DNA of 64,000 nucleotides from Cycas panzhihuaensis (lineage: Eukaryota > Plantae > Cycadophyta): positions 28,155,741-28,219,740 of the forward strand of contig CM041465.1 of the NCBI GenBank assembly GCA_023213395.1, read 5' to 3'. Both the position numbers and the translations under genes were made by a program. The notes beneath the pieces were generated by a model. It saw nothing but the letters and a program-made list of their open reading frames with translations. It did no database searches and was not told the origin of the DNA. Below, in pieces: positions 61,799 to 64,000 of the stretch; the first letter of the stretch is position 1; every line of letters begins with the position of its first letter.

Positions 61799-64000
61799 TA
61801 ATGTTAAGTTTATTTCCTTACATAAACATCGGTGTCCTAAGTCTCTCAATAATTTCTCACAACTTAAAGTCTAAGTGAGAATATAACTTGAGGGATAATA
61901 CATTAACTCAACCATGCCATACTCCATATGCTATCGAATAGAATGATGGTGATCTTCCACAAGCTTGACTCTATCATGGAATCCCAATTCTTCGATAGTT
62001 GGAAGGTATTTTATTGTAGTAGAACAACTGAAGAAGTCAATTAAGCCCAAATAAGTCTTTTTGAATGTTGTGACTACTGCTTTGCATACCGTCTTAGTGG
62101 AATAAACTATCCACATCAAGAGATCTACCAGAATTAGGTGCTATGTACATCCTGTCATTGATTTAGACTTTAACTGCTACAAGAGATCAACCAGAACCAA
62201 GTGGTCTATGCATATCCTATCGTTGATTTGGATCAACCAAAACTAAGTGTCATCCACACCCTATCGTTAATTTGACTCAACCAGAACTAAGTGGTCAATA
62301 CACATCATGTTGTTGATTATGATCAACCAGAACTAAGTTTCATCCACATCCTATCATTGAATTAACTTAACCAGAACTAAGTGGTCAATGCACATCCTGT
62401 TGTTGATTATGATCAACTAGAACTGTCATCCACATCCTGTCATTGATTATGATCAACTAGAACTAAGTGTCATTCACATCCTGTCATTGATTATGATCAA
62501 CTAGAACTAAGTGTCATCCACATCCTGTCATTGAATTAACTCAACCAGAACTAAGTGGTTAATGCACATCCTGTCGTTGATTATGATTAATTAGAACTAA
62601 GTGTTATCTACATCCTGTTGTTGATTTGCCTTTGCAGTTACCTTTACAAAGCTCCAAAAAGAGGATTTCATCATCCTCATGTAGTACATGCTAGTTGTGA
62701 TCATCAATGCATGAAAATCATGCTCATTGTCTTGCTTCTCTATATGTCATAATCTTGGCATACAATGTTGTGCTTGATTCTATGCACTATTGTCATTTCC
62801 ATATCATTGTTGCTTCATAGAATTATTAGGTATTTTCATTAACACCTCAACACTGTTATTAACATCACCATAACACAATATGCTTTAGTAATAAGCTATC
62901 TAACTCATAAATGAAAGAGTTTGCGATAGACAAAGGTATTATAAGTATCATGTAGGTTGATAAGAGTTATATACTCTACAATTTAACAACATAAGTCACT
63001 CGTCTCCTTCAATTTGAGACTATACATTTTTCAATAGCAAGCAAGTTTTAAGACTCTAATATATCATTAAGATTCATTTTGCATCATGTGCAAGCAAATA
63101 AAGATGAGTAATATTCTCATCAACCATTAGTAAATTGATGAATACTAGTGTTCCAAGTTCCAAATCCTACCAAGTCATGTGTCATGTCGTATGACACCAT
63201 GCTGTGGTATATTGTGCCGCACCATGTTGCCTTTAATTGGATATGATTAGGCTTCCTGTCTTCTCCTTTAATAACTGCCATAGGTCTTTGTAAGACTGGA
63301 AAGTATTACATAGAACTTACATTTTGTCTTAGTGAATCTAGCAAATTTTAGCTAGTAATTCACAGACATTTATGAAGTCTATAATTAAGAAGAAAAAATA
63401 AGGAGAAGTTTAGTTCAAACCACCGCAAGTGTGAGTGTTATACATCACTCAGTGACCGCAAGGTGGATTATACTTAAAAGAGTACAAATAAAAGGTTTAA
63501 AACACCTTTTAAATACATCATCAAAAGAGGATGAAGTACAATAAAAGATCCTCTTAAAGTGATCTAAAAGAGGACTAAGTACTTTAAAAGCTTCCCTTTA
63601 AAACTACTCTCAAAGTACATTAAAAAATCCTTTTAAAATAGAGTCAAAGTATAACTCTAAAGAGGATTAAGTACATGAGAAAATACACATGAAGTACTCT
63701 TTCATTGAAGCCAAGAAATACCCTTTAAAAGAAGATAAAATGAAGCTTGAAAGCTTATAATCTTCGTAAGGTATTACACCCTTTTACACCACCAAAAAAT
63801 GTACGTTGAAAAAGAGGACTAAATATATTGAAAGTTCCTCTTAAGGTACTTTACGTGTCTGCTAATAAATACTTTAGAGAGGATAAAATACTTTGAAGTA
63901 ATCCTCTTAAAATGCCCTTACATCATAAAAAAATATATGTCCTTTAAGTGAATCCAAGGAGAAATATATTTAATGAGGATTAATATAATATTGATAATAA
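61799..64000 (-). mobile_element. Internally deleted copia (UTR repeats, gag remnant, tandem array, RNase H C-terminus)
   Basis: RNase H-like GFHDRVKLVEDHHHSIR (ORF 61931-62119) and gag-like MYSLKLKET ~63000-63030. No INT or RT between them. Confidence 0.7.
62125..62627. repeat. Tandem array of ~11 units of 44/46 bp
   Basis: Consensus GATCAACCAGAACTAAGTG(TCATC|GTCAATG)CACATCCTGTCATTGATTAT. Confidence 0.92.

Noticed and set aside
62125-62627. CRISPR-like array
   Set aside because: There are no unique spacers, the whole unit repeats, no cas genes are present, and the context is eukaryotic TE sequence.

Overview
This is AT-rich eukaryotic DNA, almost certainly a land plant and probably a large-genome non-angiosperm (inference). 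It contains no intact host gene. The window is a stack of nested, decayed LTR retrotransposons: Ty3/gypsy chromoviruses with tRNA-Met(i) primer-binding sites (PBS), Ty1/copia elements, and gag-only or deleted derivatives. All are riddled with C>T/G>A stop codons. Two GC- and CpG-rich ~2.55-kb LTRs of a Tat-like gypsy family stand out as young insertions: 42-2575, a 5' LTR with its PBS, and 42833-45411, a solo LTR inside a copia. Other notable items are a captured BAM/CLV1-like receptor-kinase fragment (~59750-59930), an LTR flanked by both a polypurine tract (PPT) and a PBS and carrying heat-shock-element-like motifs (61076-61790), a 44/46-bp tandem array apparently derived from copia RNase H codons (62125-62627), a ~2.9-kb duplication of a copia/gypsy insertion junction, and a possible tandem gag-only element. 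Almost all ORFs in the supplied track are TE fragments or spurious. All calls come from manual reading; no database searches were run.
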